This document shows, in pieces, positions 1 to 12,126 of a stretch of DNA of 64,000 bases. Origin of the DNA: Laetmonice hystrix. Its lineage: Eukaryota. Position 1 is the first letter of the stretch. Every line of letters starts with the position of its first letter. The DNA lies in the NCBI GenBank assembly GCA_965235115.1, contig OZ249439.1, positions 11,098,001 to 11,162,000 of the forward strand, written 5' to 3'. The translations under genes were made by a program, and so were the position numbers. Below the pieces are notes generated by a model. That model made no database searches. It was not told the origin of the DNA and worked only from the letters and a program-made list of their open reading frames with translations.

Positions 1-22
1 CCGCCTACTCTACATACTAAAT

Positions 23-1195
23 ATAACACCGCCATCCTACCCGTCTCAATGGGTGGTCAGGGGGTCGCCCCCACATAACACCGCCCTCCTACCCGTCTCA
101 ATGGGCGGTCAGGGGGCAGACCCCACACCGCCATCCTACCCGTCTCAATGGGTGGTCAGGGGGTTCGACCCCACATAACACCGCCATCCTACCCGTACTT
201 AATGGGCGGTCAGGGGGTAGACCCCACATAACACCGCCATCCTACCCGTCCTACCCGTCTCAATGGGTGGTCAGGGGGCAGACCCCCACATAACACCGCC
301 ATCCTACCCGTCTCAATGGGCGGTCAGGGGGCAGACCCCCACATAACACCGCCATCCTACCCATCTCAATGGTCGGTCAGGGGGCAGACCCCACATAACA
401 CCGCCATCCTACCCGTACTCAATGGGCGGTCAGGGGCCAGGCCCCACATAACACCGCCATCCTACCCGTCTCAATGGGCGGTCAGGGGATCGCCCCCACA
501 TAACACCGCCCTCCTACCCGTCTCAATGGGTGGTCAGGGGCCAGACCCCACATAACACCGCCATCCTACCCGTCTCAATGGGCGGTCAGGGGGTCGGCCC
601 CACATAACACCGCCATCCTTCCCGTACTCAATGGGCGGTCAGGGGGCAGACCCCACATAATACCGCCATCCTACCCGTCTCAATGGGTGGTCAGGGGCCA
701 GACCCCACATAACACCGCCATCCTACCCGTCTCAATGGGCGGTCAGGGGGTCGGCCCCACATAACACCGCCATCCTACCCGTACTCAATGGGCGGTCAGG
801 GGGCAGACCCCACATAATACCGCCATCCTACCCGTCTCAATGGGTGGTCAGGGGCCAGACCCCACATAACACCGCCATCCTACCCGTCTCAATGGGCGGT
901 CAGGGGGTCGGCCCCACATAACACCGCCATCCTACCCGTACTCAATGGGCGGTCAGGGGGCAGACCCCACATAATACCGCCATCCTACCCGTCTCAATGG
1001 GTGGTCAGGGGCCAGACCCCACATAACACCGCCATCCTACCCGTCTCAATGGGCGGTCAGGGGGCAGACCCCACATAATACCGCCATCCTACCCGTCTCA
1101 ATGGGCGGTCAGGGGGTCGGCCCCACATAACACCGCAATCCTACCCCTATTCAATGGGTGGTCAGGGGGTCCGATCCCCACATAATACCGCCATC
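23..1195. repeat. Minisatellite, ~52-53 bp unit, ~22 copies
   Basis: Unit ACATAACACCGCCATCCTACCCGTCTCAATGGGCGGTCAGGGGGCAGACCCC recurs at ~52-53 bp spacing with point variants. Confidence 0.95.
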
Positions 1196-1700
1196 ATTGG
1201 ACCCACGTTGGGTGTCAATTTTTCCTTTTTTTACTCATGCAGCTTTCTTACTTATCCCTCCCCCCACCCCCACCCCTAGAAATCACGGATCTGCTCGTGT
1301 AGTATGTGGCCGGCAGGGGGCGAGGTAAGGATGACATAAAGCGACCCCTAGGAGACAACCGGAGAGGCAGTGACAGCCAGAGAGGTCTGAGAGATGGAGC
1401 AGCTGACGACAGACCAGGTTCGATCGTATTTTCCATCAAGCAATGACTGAGTGGGGTAATGACTGAGTAGGGTAGGAGAGAGGCCAATCGGTTATTGAAG
1501 GAACTGCCCGAGACAAGGTGGTGGTGTTGTCAGGGCAGTCAGACCGGGCGCACGGCCGTCCGGTGATCTCATTGGTTCGTTACACCGCTACGATTATCTT
1601 ACAGTTACACCGATACGTCATCACGTCACGTGTCGGGTCGCATCCGGGGCTTTTCTTTATCCCAACCAATCGCAGCCCATGGTTACTGAACCATCTCCTC

Positions 1701-1835
1701 GGCCCGGTTCACAAGCAAAGTCAAGTCAATTTTAATTACTTTTAACTCACAGAAGTCAATTTTACTTGAATCCGATTGGGTAAAATGGATTTCAAGTTAA
1801 TTAAATTTGACTTGACTTAGCTTGTGAACCGGGCC
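1701..1835. mobile_element. Small foldback/MITE-like element, ~39-bp imperfect terminal inverted repeats
   Basis: The left end GGCCCGGTTCACAAGCAAAGTCAAGTCAATTTTTAATTA matches the reverse complement of the right end (GGCCCGGTTCACAAGCTAAGTCAAGTCAAATTTAATTAA). There is an inner hairpin ACTTGAATCC...GGATTTCAAGT. No target-site duplication is visible. Confidence 0.7.
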
Positions 1836-2986
1836 CAGGACAGTAAAACATCAACTGATTCTGAGCAGTCGATTGAAGGACTGCTGAATTGATGAGTTTT
1901 GTTGGTGAGAGAATATTCCGGACCCAAAGACATACTTGATCAGTCATTTTAACATGATACTGTGCCCCCGAGTTCCGGTTTGACTTGGGGGGGGGGGGCG
2001 AGGGCAGGTTTAACGTTTGATCCGATAACGTCAGCTCACTCACTGCGCCCCTATAAGTGGGTAGGACTAAGAGTTGACTACCGGGGGTGTTTTCGCAATC
2101 ACAATGTCCCGTGGCCGGTCACTGATTGTAGTCCGGTAATTAACAGTCAATCAGTGGTACGTTTAATGAATGCTAATTACGGAGAATCGTTTCCCCCCAA
2201 CCACGTGCTCACATCAACTGTCAGTCAGCGGCGGACATATCAAAATGACGGATGACTGGTGGGTTTCATCACGTCACTATGGCAACCATGACTATATGTC
2301 ACCAGGTTGTCATGACAAACATCCATTCATTAATGACAAATATTATCTAAATAATGTTATGACCCACATTGAACACCAGTCAACACCTACAGTTGACTGG
2401 TGTTTTATAATACTTGTATCTCCCTTGATTTTGATTTGATAGAGAATATCCAACCGTGAATGCATACAACACAATGTAGTCACCATATTGATCCTTCTGT
2501 GCCCCATCTCATAGTCTCGCCACGATTTGGGGTGAAATCTGAACGCTTGACTCAGACAAAATGAAGCACTTGAAGTCCATCGGAGACAAATCCTGTCCTT
2601 GCTTCATTAGCCTCCCACTCTCCATCCTTCCATCCTGTCTCCTCTCGTTCCCTAAAAAGCCAGACGTTTGAGCTGTCTTAATGAGGAGAGCGGACACGAC
2701 AACCTTTGTAATGAGTTTGGTATTCCGGGTACTAAGTGGTCGGGTGGGGGTGGGGGTGGGGGTAGGGGGTGGGGGTAGGGGGTGAGGTAGGGGGTGGGTC
2801 AGGTGGTTCCCTCCCTCACCAACCCCATCGATCACAACGCCGCGGAGTGGGAGAATCATATAAATACATGGTGTTCTCCTCCGGGTTTTCCGGTCTTCAA
2901 TTTTCATCTCAAATCAAATACATTTTTTTTATTGAATTTGTGAATTTAAAACACTTACACAAGAATACGGAAATATCTCCGACCAG

Positions 2987-3058
2987 ACAGAGAATAGGTA
3001 ATGAGTTAGAACGATGTGTCGGACGTCTAAATGCCGACAAAAAATCACCACAGACACG
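2987..3058 (+). CDS. Candidate internal exon (QRIGNELERCVGRLNADKKSPQT), phase 2-2
   Basis: Acceptor CCGACCAG|A and donor ACG|GTGAGG. Only one frame is open, and it is phase-compatible with 4611-4704. Confidence 0.25.
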
Positions 3059-4424
3059 GTGAGGTCTCAGACAGAAGCCGGACCATTAGACCCGTCCTGA
3101 CATCAGAGTCTCACCACAGACACGGTGAGGTCTCAGACAGGAGCCGGACCATTAGACCCGTCCTGACATCAGAGTCTCACCACAGACACGGTGAGGTCTC
3201 AGACAGGAGCCGGATCATTAGACCCGCCCTGACATCAGAGTCTCACCACAGACACGGTGAGGTCTCAGACAGGAGCCGGACCATTAGACCCGTCCTGACA
3301 TCAGAGTCTCACCACAGACACGGTGAGGTCACAGACAGGAGCCGGACCATTAGACCCGTCCTGACATCAGAGTCTCACCACAGACACGGTGAGGTCTCAG
3401 ACAGGAGCCGGATCATTAGACCCGCCCTGACATCAGAGTCTCACCACAGACACGGTGAGGTCACAGACAGGAGCCGGATCATTAGACCCGCCCTGACATC
3501 AGAGTCTCACCACAGACACGGTGAGGTCTCAGACAGGAGCCGGATCATTAGACCCGCCCTGACATCAGAGTCTCACCACAGACACGGTGAGGTCACAGAC
3601 AGGAGCCGGACCATTAGACCCGTCCTGACATCAGAGTCTCACCACAGACACGGTGAGGTCTCAGACAGGAGCCGGACCATTAGACCCGTCCTGACATCAG
3701 AGTCTCACCACAGACACGGTGAGGTCTCAGACAGGAGCCGGACCATTAGACCCGTCCTGACATCAGAGTCTCACCACAGACACGGTGAGGTCTCAGACAG
3801 GAGCCGGACCATTAGACCCGTCCTGACATCAGAGTCTCACCACAGACACGGTGAGGTCTCCGACAGAAGCCGGACCATTAGACCCGTCCTGACATCAGAG
3901 TCTCACCACAGACACGGTGAGGTCTCAGACAGGAGCCGGACCATTAGACCCGTCCTGACATCAGAGTCTCACCACAGACACGGTGAGGTCACAGACAGGA
4001 GCCGGACCATTAGACCCGTCCTGACATCAGAGTCTCACCACAGACACGGTGAGGTCTCAGACAGGAGCCGGACCATTAGACCCGTCCTGACATCAGAGTC
4101 TCACCACAGACACGGTGAGGTCACAGACAGGAGCCGGACCATTAGACCCGTCCTGACATCAGAGTCTCACCACAGACACGGTGAGGTCTCAGACAGGAGC
4201 CGGACCATTAGACCCGTCCTGACATCAGAGTCTCACCACAGACACGGTGAGGTCAGACAGGAGCCGGACCATTAGACCCGTCCTGACATAGAGTCTCACC
4301 ACAGACACGGTGAGGTCTCAGACAGGAGCCGGACCATTAGACCCGTCCTGACATCAGAGTCTCACCACAGACACGGTGAGGTCAGACAGGAGCCGGACCA
4401 TTAGACCCGTCCTGACATAGAGTC
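3045..4424. repeat. Minisatellite, 66 bp unit, ~21 copies
   Basis: Unit CACCACAGACACGGTGAGGTCTCAGACAGGAGCCGGACCATTAGACCCGTCCTGACATCAGAGTCT; it explains the 22-aa periodic ORF 3031-4275. Confidence 0.97.
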
Positions 4425-4610
4425 ACGCTGACTCCGCCTGCCGGAACCTTTACCGGACAATGTCCTCGCCCTGGGGCCATTGGTGGTGGTTGGGGGGGGG
4501 GTGCATGGGGTGCCTGGCCCCACACACCCTCACTCTACCACAGCCCGACAGGGAGGGAAACCATGGACTGATCGGCCGACCTCCCGATCTGATCGGCCGA
4601 TCGACCTCAG

Positions 4611-4704
4611 GCTCTCCGATCTCATCTTCGCACACACCGCCAACAAAACCCCTGCCACGCCCTCTAGTGGCGAACTTCGCGAAAACCTCATTCTGATCGC
4701 AGCC
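4611..4704 (+). CDS. Candidate internal exon (LSDLIFAHTANKTPATPSSGELRENLILIAA), phase 2-0
   Basis: Acceptor GACCTCAG|G (weak pyrimidine tract) and strong donor GCC|GTGAGT; only one frame is open. Confidence 0.3.
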
Positions 4705-5799
4705 GTGAGTCGCCACATAGAATGCACTCAATGACCCCCGACCTTGACTGGAGGGATGATCCTGAGTCGATCTCGACTGTGAATGGCCCAGCAGGGTCCG
4801 TCAATGGGCTGGGGGGGGGGGATGCCAGGGACGACCTGCCAATACCACTGACCGACTTATCCTGACCGGGGGGGGGGGGGGTTCTACGGTAGGTACCGCC
4901 TCACAACACAAACAGGACCTTCGGACCCTGGTACCGGGCCGGGGTAGCATGACGATCGTTTCGTTGCTGCGATTTTACCCCCCGACCCGGGGTTTTTACC
5001 CCACCCCGATGACCGCCTGCCGGCTGGCCGCATGATCATCACAATACTCACTCTGATCGCATCTTTACATGGACCAACGATTTATGTGTTTGCACCCGGA
5101 CTCGTGCCTCAGCCCCGGGCGCTGACCCTCGGGACAGAATCCCCCAGTCTCCACCGACTGGCCCTCAGCCCGCCCCAGCCGACCCATCAAACCCACAGTG
5201 AGGCCGCGGCGAGTGGCTCCGGGGAGGAGTCAAGACAGTCGTGAGAATCCTGAAACTCCGCCATCTAGTCCTCTGACGCTACTGGACTCATGGCAGCATC
5301 TTAGTGGGGATTAGCTATTATATAATATATTTCGTATTAAGTTTATTTTCTGACATTTTGACCAACATTTCTACCGCCCCCTCAACAACCAAACGCGAGC
5401 AAATTATTCCACCAGAAATGAACCGTTCGTGCCATTAAATATCCCAAGCAGTCCTCGGAGATTTTTGGATATCTATCTTCTAAAACTTCCTAATTCTGTT
5501 AGTGTTGTAAAGTCCCAAATGTAACATCCCCCTGGTTCCTGTTGCTATGACTACCACCACATCATCCCCGACTCATCCTCGTACTCCCATTAGGTATCCA
5601 TTGTCTGTTTGTGTGTGTGTTTGAGGGTGGATGGACGCTGGTCAGCTGAAGGACAGCAGCTTTGTCCCACATCGTGTCCGCGCCCATTAGGACCCCCCAC
5701 GGACTACCGGTCAGTTTGTTCCCACGCCCTCCCTCCCAATAGGCAGAGCCGTCAGTGACCACATTAAATCAGACCGGATCAGTCATTTGATTAATCCAA

Positions 5800-6210
5800 T
5801 ATCTCCCAACGTTTCCTAACCTGTCCCGATGTGTCCCAACCTCTCCCAACGTTTCCCAACCTCTAACAATGTGTTCCAACCTCCCCCAACGTTTCCCAAC
5901 CCCTCCCAAACTGTGTCCCAACCTTCCCCAACGTTTCCCAACCCCTCCCAATGTGTTCCAACCTTCCCCCAATGTTTTCCAACCCCTCCCAATGTGCCCC
6001 TCCCAATGTGTCCCAACCTCCCCCAACGTTTCCCAACCTCTCACGATGTGTTCCAACCTCTACCAACGTTTCCCAACCCCTGCCAACCTCCTCAAACCTC
6101 TCCCAATGTGTCCCAACCTCTCCCAATGTGTCCCAACCCCTTCCAATGTGTCCCAACCTCTCCCAATGTCCCAACCTCTCCCAACGTGTCCCAACCTCAG
6201 TGTGCCCAAT
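5800..6210. repeat. Degenerate CCCAA-rich low-complexity repeat (~10-11 bp periodicity)
   Basis: TCCCAAC/TCCCAAT cores are separated by GTT, GTG or CTC; the spurious ORFs are periodic in all frames. Confidence 0.9.
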
Positions 6211-6670
6211 GTGATGTGGCATGCAGACGCCTTATGTGGCGTGGTTACCATGACCACCAGGGACTCCATATTCAATCCTCTCTTACTCCATAATACATTT
6301 CATTAAGGCGACACTTGGCTGGTAGCGCCGACAAGAGCCCAAGATGAAGTCCGAGACCACGGCCCCCTCACCCCCCTCACCCCCTCACCCCCTCACCCCC
6401 ACCCCAGGGCCTGAATACGGACGGCAGAACCAACCCGTGTCCTGTGATCTATGGGCAATACTGTGATCTATGCGCCATAAATCCCAGTCAGCTCTCTCAT
6501 CACACCGTTGTCACAAATCGTTGGGGGTGGGGGTAGGGTGGCTGAGACTCTCCGACAACCGACTCAGGAAGCCTAATCTCCGGCAGCCACCCAACCTGCT
6601 CCAGGCAGTATCCTTACAATGTTTCAACACTTGATCCCTCTGAATTTGATATGATATGCGTCTCAAACAG

Positions 6671-6736
6671 TTTCTGACTAACACCGGTCCCAGACACAAT
6701 GCTGCAACCCAGCGGTTCCCAGCCCAGCCATTTCCA
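6671..6736 (+). CDS. Candidate internal exon (FLTNTGPRHNAATQRFPAQPFP), phase 0-0
   Basis: Acceptor GTCTCAAACAG|T and donor CCA|GTAAGC. Only frame 0 is open, and it is phase-compatible with 4611-4704. Confidence 0.3.
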
Positions 6737-7604
6737 GTAAGCGATGGGTCAAGGTTGGATGTCCACAAGACCCAGTTATCAACCTGACCAGCTGGTGACC
6801 TTTTGGAGCAAAACGAAATGCGTTTTTTTAAAAGCACATGTCTTGCGCGCGGAATTGAGCGGAATCTTAGCTAAATGCTTACCTCCTGAAAATTGAAATA
6901 TTTATGGTACTGAATGGTCACGTGACTCATTAAAATAGCAACACTTTTTTCGTGTGAAAATGGTGAATGAATTGGGATTTGGTACAGTGACTTTCATAAT
7001 TATTTTATATACTACAAATCAACCTCACATACAAAGGTAGGGGAACGATGGATGATATCTGAAAAACGCAATACAAATACAATTCTTGTGAAAGGCAACT
7101 GAAAACTGGTTGGTGTAATGAAATTCTGGATGTATGGTGTGAGATCCCGCCCTGAGGCAACCAATACAACCGGAGATTTCTTCCATCTGATTGGGTCCCA
7201 CTGATTGTGATTGAGATGGGGATTCTGGATCACAGATCCGCCCCTATAATCCTGGTAATGTGGGCAGGGTCCGCCTGAACGGAGCCCGTCTGAACGGAGC
7301 CATAACTCCCGATGTAACACAAAGAGAAGTCGATATAAGAGTAGGAAACATGGGGACATAAGGAGGAGTCCAGTCGGCAGAACAAAGTATGGCCTTGGGG
7401 TGGAGGGGTGGGGTTCACAAGGGTAGGGTGGAGGTCAGAGGTTACCGCCCCGATCTCTTTCAATCCTCACAGCAGTCCACTATTTGAGCCCCGTTTAGTC
7501 ACCCCCTCAGGGTATGCTTCACTTACCCCTCACCTCGAGGCATTCGCTGACCCCCGGACACCCCTGTAAACACCCCCAGCGATCTGTTCACACGAGATAA
7601 CTCT

Positions 7605-9207
7605 CATTGAAGTGTGCCATGATTAACTTCTGGTCATCCTTCACGTGTCAATCAACCTATTGATGACAAACTGTTGTCACCGTGTACAAAGACACATTGA
7701 AGTGTGCCATGATTAACTTTTGGTCATCCTTCACGTGTCAATCAACCTATTGATGACAGACTGTTGTCACCGTGTACAAAGACACATTGAAGTGTGCCAT
7801 GATTAACTTTTGGTCATCCTTCACGTGTCAATCAACATGATAACAGACTGTTGTCACCGTGTACAAAGACACATTGAAGTGTGCCATGATTAACTTTTGG
7901 TCATCCTTCACGTGTCAATCAACATGATGACAAACTGTTGTCACCGTGTACAAAGACACATTGAAGTGTGCCATGATTAACTTTTGGTCATCCTTCACGT
8001 GTCAATCAACATGATGACAGACTGTTGTCACCGTGTACAAAGACACATTGAAGTGTGCCATGATTAACTTTTGGTCATCCTTCACGTGTCAATCAACTTA
8101 TTGATGACAGATTGTTGTCACCGTGTACAAAGACACATTGAAGTGTGCCATCATTAACTTTTGGTCATCCTTTACGTGTCAATCAACCGATTGATGACAG
8201 ACTGTTGTCACCGTGTACAAAGACACATTGAAGTGTGCCATGATTAACTTTTGGTCATCCTTCACGTGTCAATCAACCTACTGATGACAGACTGTTGTCA
8301 CCGTGTACAAAGACACATTGAAGTGTGCCATGATTAACTTTTGGTCATCCTTCACGTGTCAATCAACATGATGACAGACTGTTGTCACCGTGTACAAAGA
8401 CACATTGAAGTGTGCCATGATTAACTTTTGGTCATCCTTCACGTGTCAATCAACATGATGACAGACAGTTGTCACCGTGTACAAAGACACATTGAAGTGT
8501 GCCATGATTAACTTTTGGTCATCCTTCACGTGTCAATCAACCTACTGATGACAGACTGTTGTCACCGTGTACAAAGACACATTGAAGTGTGCCATGATTA
8601 ACTTTTGGTCATCCTTCACGTGTCAATCAACCTATTGATGACAGACTGTTGTCACCGTGTACAAAGACACATTGAAGTGTGCCATGGTTAACTTTTGGTC
8701 ATCCTTCACGTGTCAATCAACCTATTGATGACAGACTGTTGTCACCGTGTACAAAGACACATTGAAGTGTGCCATGATTAACTTTTGGTCATCCTTCACG
8801 TGTCAATCAACCTATTGATGACAAACTGTTGTCACCGTGTACAAAGACACATTGAAGTGTGCCATGATTAACTTTTGGTCATCCTTCACGTGTCAATCAA
8901 CCTATTGATGACAGACTGTTGTCACCGTGTACAAAGACACATTGAAGTGTGCCATGATTAACTTTTGGTCATCCTTCACGTGTCAATCAACCTATTAATG
9001 ACAGACTGTTGTCACCGGGTGTACAAAGACACATTGAAGTGTACCATGATTAACTTTTGGTCATCCTTCACGTGTCAATCAACATGATGACAAACTGTTG
9101 TCACCGTGTACAAAGACACATTGAAGTGTGCCATGATTAACTTTTGGTCATCCTTCACGTGTCAATCAACCTATTGATGACAAACTGTTGTCACCGTGTA
9201 CAAAGAC
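7605..9207. repeat. Minisatellite, 87/90 bp unit, ~18 copies
   Basis: Unit CACATTGAAGTGTGCCATGATTAACTTTTGGTCATCCTTCACGTGTCAATCAACCTATTGATGACAGACTGTTGTCACCGTGTACAAAGA, with a 3-bp shorter variant; all six frames contain stops. Confidence 0.97.
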
Positions 9208-9852
9208 GGGGCAGACAGGAGCAGCACCTCACGGTCTGTGTACGACACGTTGGTCATCCATAAATCATTTTGTGAAAAATACAGCCATGTCCAAAGAAAC
9301 TCAGACCTTCTTTTTTATACTACTTAGTACATGTATACATGTATATTAAAGAGTACGCCGTGGTAAAACCTTCCCGGTACTTTTGTTGCCGGGGAGAGAG
9401 AGGGGCTGGGACAACCCGAGAAACCCGGAGGTCTGGCATATTCTACCACAGACGGTCAATACTGGTTCCTTGGTGGAAAGGGCTGGGAGCATCTCCCTGT
9501 CTCTGTGTATGGTACGAGTCTACCCCTAACCCACTCCCACCCCACGGGCACGACGTGACCTTGACCTCGGGCACGACTTGACCTTGACCCTGGGTATGAT
9601 ATATAGCACCGTGACTCCAGTCGTGCCCAAACACCGATATATTATATTTGTATGTATATTGTATGTATATCTTTCGTTCAACACGTGGTTCGTCAATCAT
9701 TAAATACTCCTAAAATACTCGTTATGAAAACTAAACATGTAAACAGGTGTACATTATTCTGACATAGCCATGTAAGTAAGCATCAGTATGTAGCATTTCA
9801 ATGATGCTACTTGAATAACATCATGCCTCCAGACACAACGTGACATCGATTC

Positions 9853-11766
9853 GTTATGTAGTGTGTGACTGTGTCAGTTTGAGGGTAATCTCAACCGATT
9901 CATGACTCGGTGACATTATGTAGGTTACATACGTCCATACCAGACACCAGGACGTTATGTAGTGTGTGTCTGTGTCAGTTTGAGGGTAATCTCAACCGAT
10001 TCATGACTCGGTGACATTATGTAGGTTACATACGTCCATACCAGACACCAGGACGTTATGTAGTGTGTGTCTGTGTCAGTTTGAGGGTAATCTCAACCGA
10101 TTCATGACTCGGTGACATTATGTAGGTTACATACGTCCATACCAGACACCAGGACGTTATGTAGTGTGTGACTGTGTCAGTTTGAGGGTAATCTCAACCG
10201 ATTCATGACTCGGTGACATTATGTAGGTTACATACGTCCATACCAGACACCAGGACGTTATGTAGTGTGTGACTGTGTCAGTTTGAGGGTAATCTCAACC
10301 GATTCATGACTCGGTGACATTATGTAGGTTACATACGTCCATACCAGACACTGGGACGTTATGTAGTGTGTGACTGTGTCAGTTTGAGGGTAATCTCAAC
10401 CGATTCATGACTCGGTGACATTATGTAGGTTACATACGTCCATACCAGACACCAGGACGTTATGTAGTGTGTGTCTGTGTCAGTTTGAGGGTAATCTCAA
10501 CCGATTCATGACTCGGTGACATTATGTAGGTTACATACGTCCATACCAGACACCAGGACGTTATGTAGTGTGTGACTGTGTCAGTTTGAGGGTAATCTCA
10601 ACCGATTCATGACTCGGTGACATTATGTAGGTTACATACGTCCATACCAGACACCAGGACGTTATGTAGTGTGTCTCTGTGTCAGTTTGAGGGTAATCTC
10701 AACCGATTCATGACTCGGTGACATTATGTAGGTTACATACGTCCATACCAGACACCAGGACGTTATGTAGTGTGTCTCTGTGTCAGTTTGAGGGTAATCT
10801 CAACCGATTCATGACTCGGTGACATTATGTAGGTTACATACGTCCATACCAGACACCAGGACGTTATGTAGTGTGTGACTGTGTCAGTTTGAGGGTAATC
10901 TCAACCGATTCATGACTCGGCGACATTATGTAGGTTACATACGTCCATACCAGACACCAGGACGTTATGTAGTGTGTGATTGTGTCAGTTTGAGGGTAAT
11001 CTTAACCGATTCATGACTCGGTGACATTATGTAGATTACATACGTCCATACCAGACACCAGGACGTTATGTAGTGTGTGTCTGTGTCAGTTTGAGGGTAA
11101 TCTCAACCGATTCATGACTCGGTGACATTATGTAGGTTACATACGTCCATACCAGACACCAGGACGTTATGTAGTGTGTGACTGTGTCAGTTTGAGGGTA
11201 ATCTCAACCGATTCATGACTCGGTGACATTATGTAGGTTACATACGTCCATACCAGACACCAGGACGTTATGTAGTGTGTGACTGTGTCAGTTTGAGGGT
11301 AATCTCAACCGATTCATGACTCGGTGACATTATGTAGGTTACATACGTCCATACCAGACACCAGGACGTTATGTAGTGTGTGACTGTGTCAGTTTGAGGG
11401 TAATCTCAACCGATTCATGACTCGGTGACATTATGTAGGTTACATACGTCCATACCAGACACCAGGACGTTATGTAGTGTGTGACTGTGTCAGTTTGAGG
11501 GTAATCTCAACCGATTCATGACTCGGTGACATTATGTAGGTTACATACGTCCATACCAGACACCAGGACGTTATGTAGTGTGTGACTGTGTCAGTTTGAG
11601 GGTAATCTCAACCGATTCATGACTCGGTGACATTATGTAGGTTACATACGTCCATACCAGACACCAGGACGTTATGTAGTGTGTGACTGTGTCAGTTTGA
11701 GGGTAATCTCAACCGATTCATGACTCGGTGACATTATGTAGGTTACATACATCCATACCAGACACC
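9853..11766. repeat. Minisatellite, 101 bp unit, ~19 highly homogeneous copies
   Basis: The unit starts GTTATGTAGTGTGTGACTGTGTCAGTTTGAGGGTAATC; unit starts at 9853 and 9954 give a period of 101. Confidence 0.97.
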
Positions 11767-11985
11767 GCCGGCGCATCGAGGCATCTCTTCAGGACCTTTC
11801 GGTCCCTTTCCCATCAATGTCACACGTCTTCTTCACCGTGACTACTCCTGGAACTCCTTTTCTCCACCCCCCCCCCTGGTCTATGCCCTCCCCCACCCCG
11901 CCTTCCCATTCCTCGAGAACTCCCTCATCCACAGACCCCATACCTTACCTCCTCCCCCCGCCCCCCACCACACTTCGTCTCCCCT

Positions 11986-12126
11986 CACTCTCTCATCGCC
12001 TGATGGCACCCACCCTCTCATCGCCTGATGGCACCCTCTCTCTCATCGCCTGATGGCACCCACTCTCTCATCGCCTGATGGCACCCACTCTCTCATCGCC
12101 TGATGGCACCCACTCTCTGGCACCCA
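11986..12126. repeat. Short tandem repeat, ~25 bp x ~5
   Basis: CTCTCTCATCGCCTGATGGCACCCA repeated. Confidence 0.9.

Noticed and set aside
2866-2900. V-SINE-like motif TCCTCCGGGTTTTCCGGT
   Set aside because: Only ~18 bp of similarity, with no tRNA-derived head or tail nearby.
3031-4275. 414-aa His-rich ORF as a metal-binding protein gene
   Set aside because: Entirely within the 66-bp array, broken by 2-nt deletions near 4252 and 4381, with no unique coding flank.
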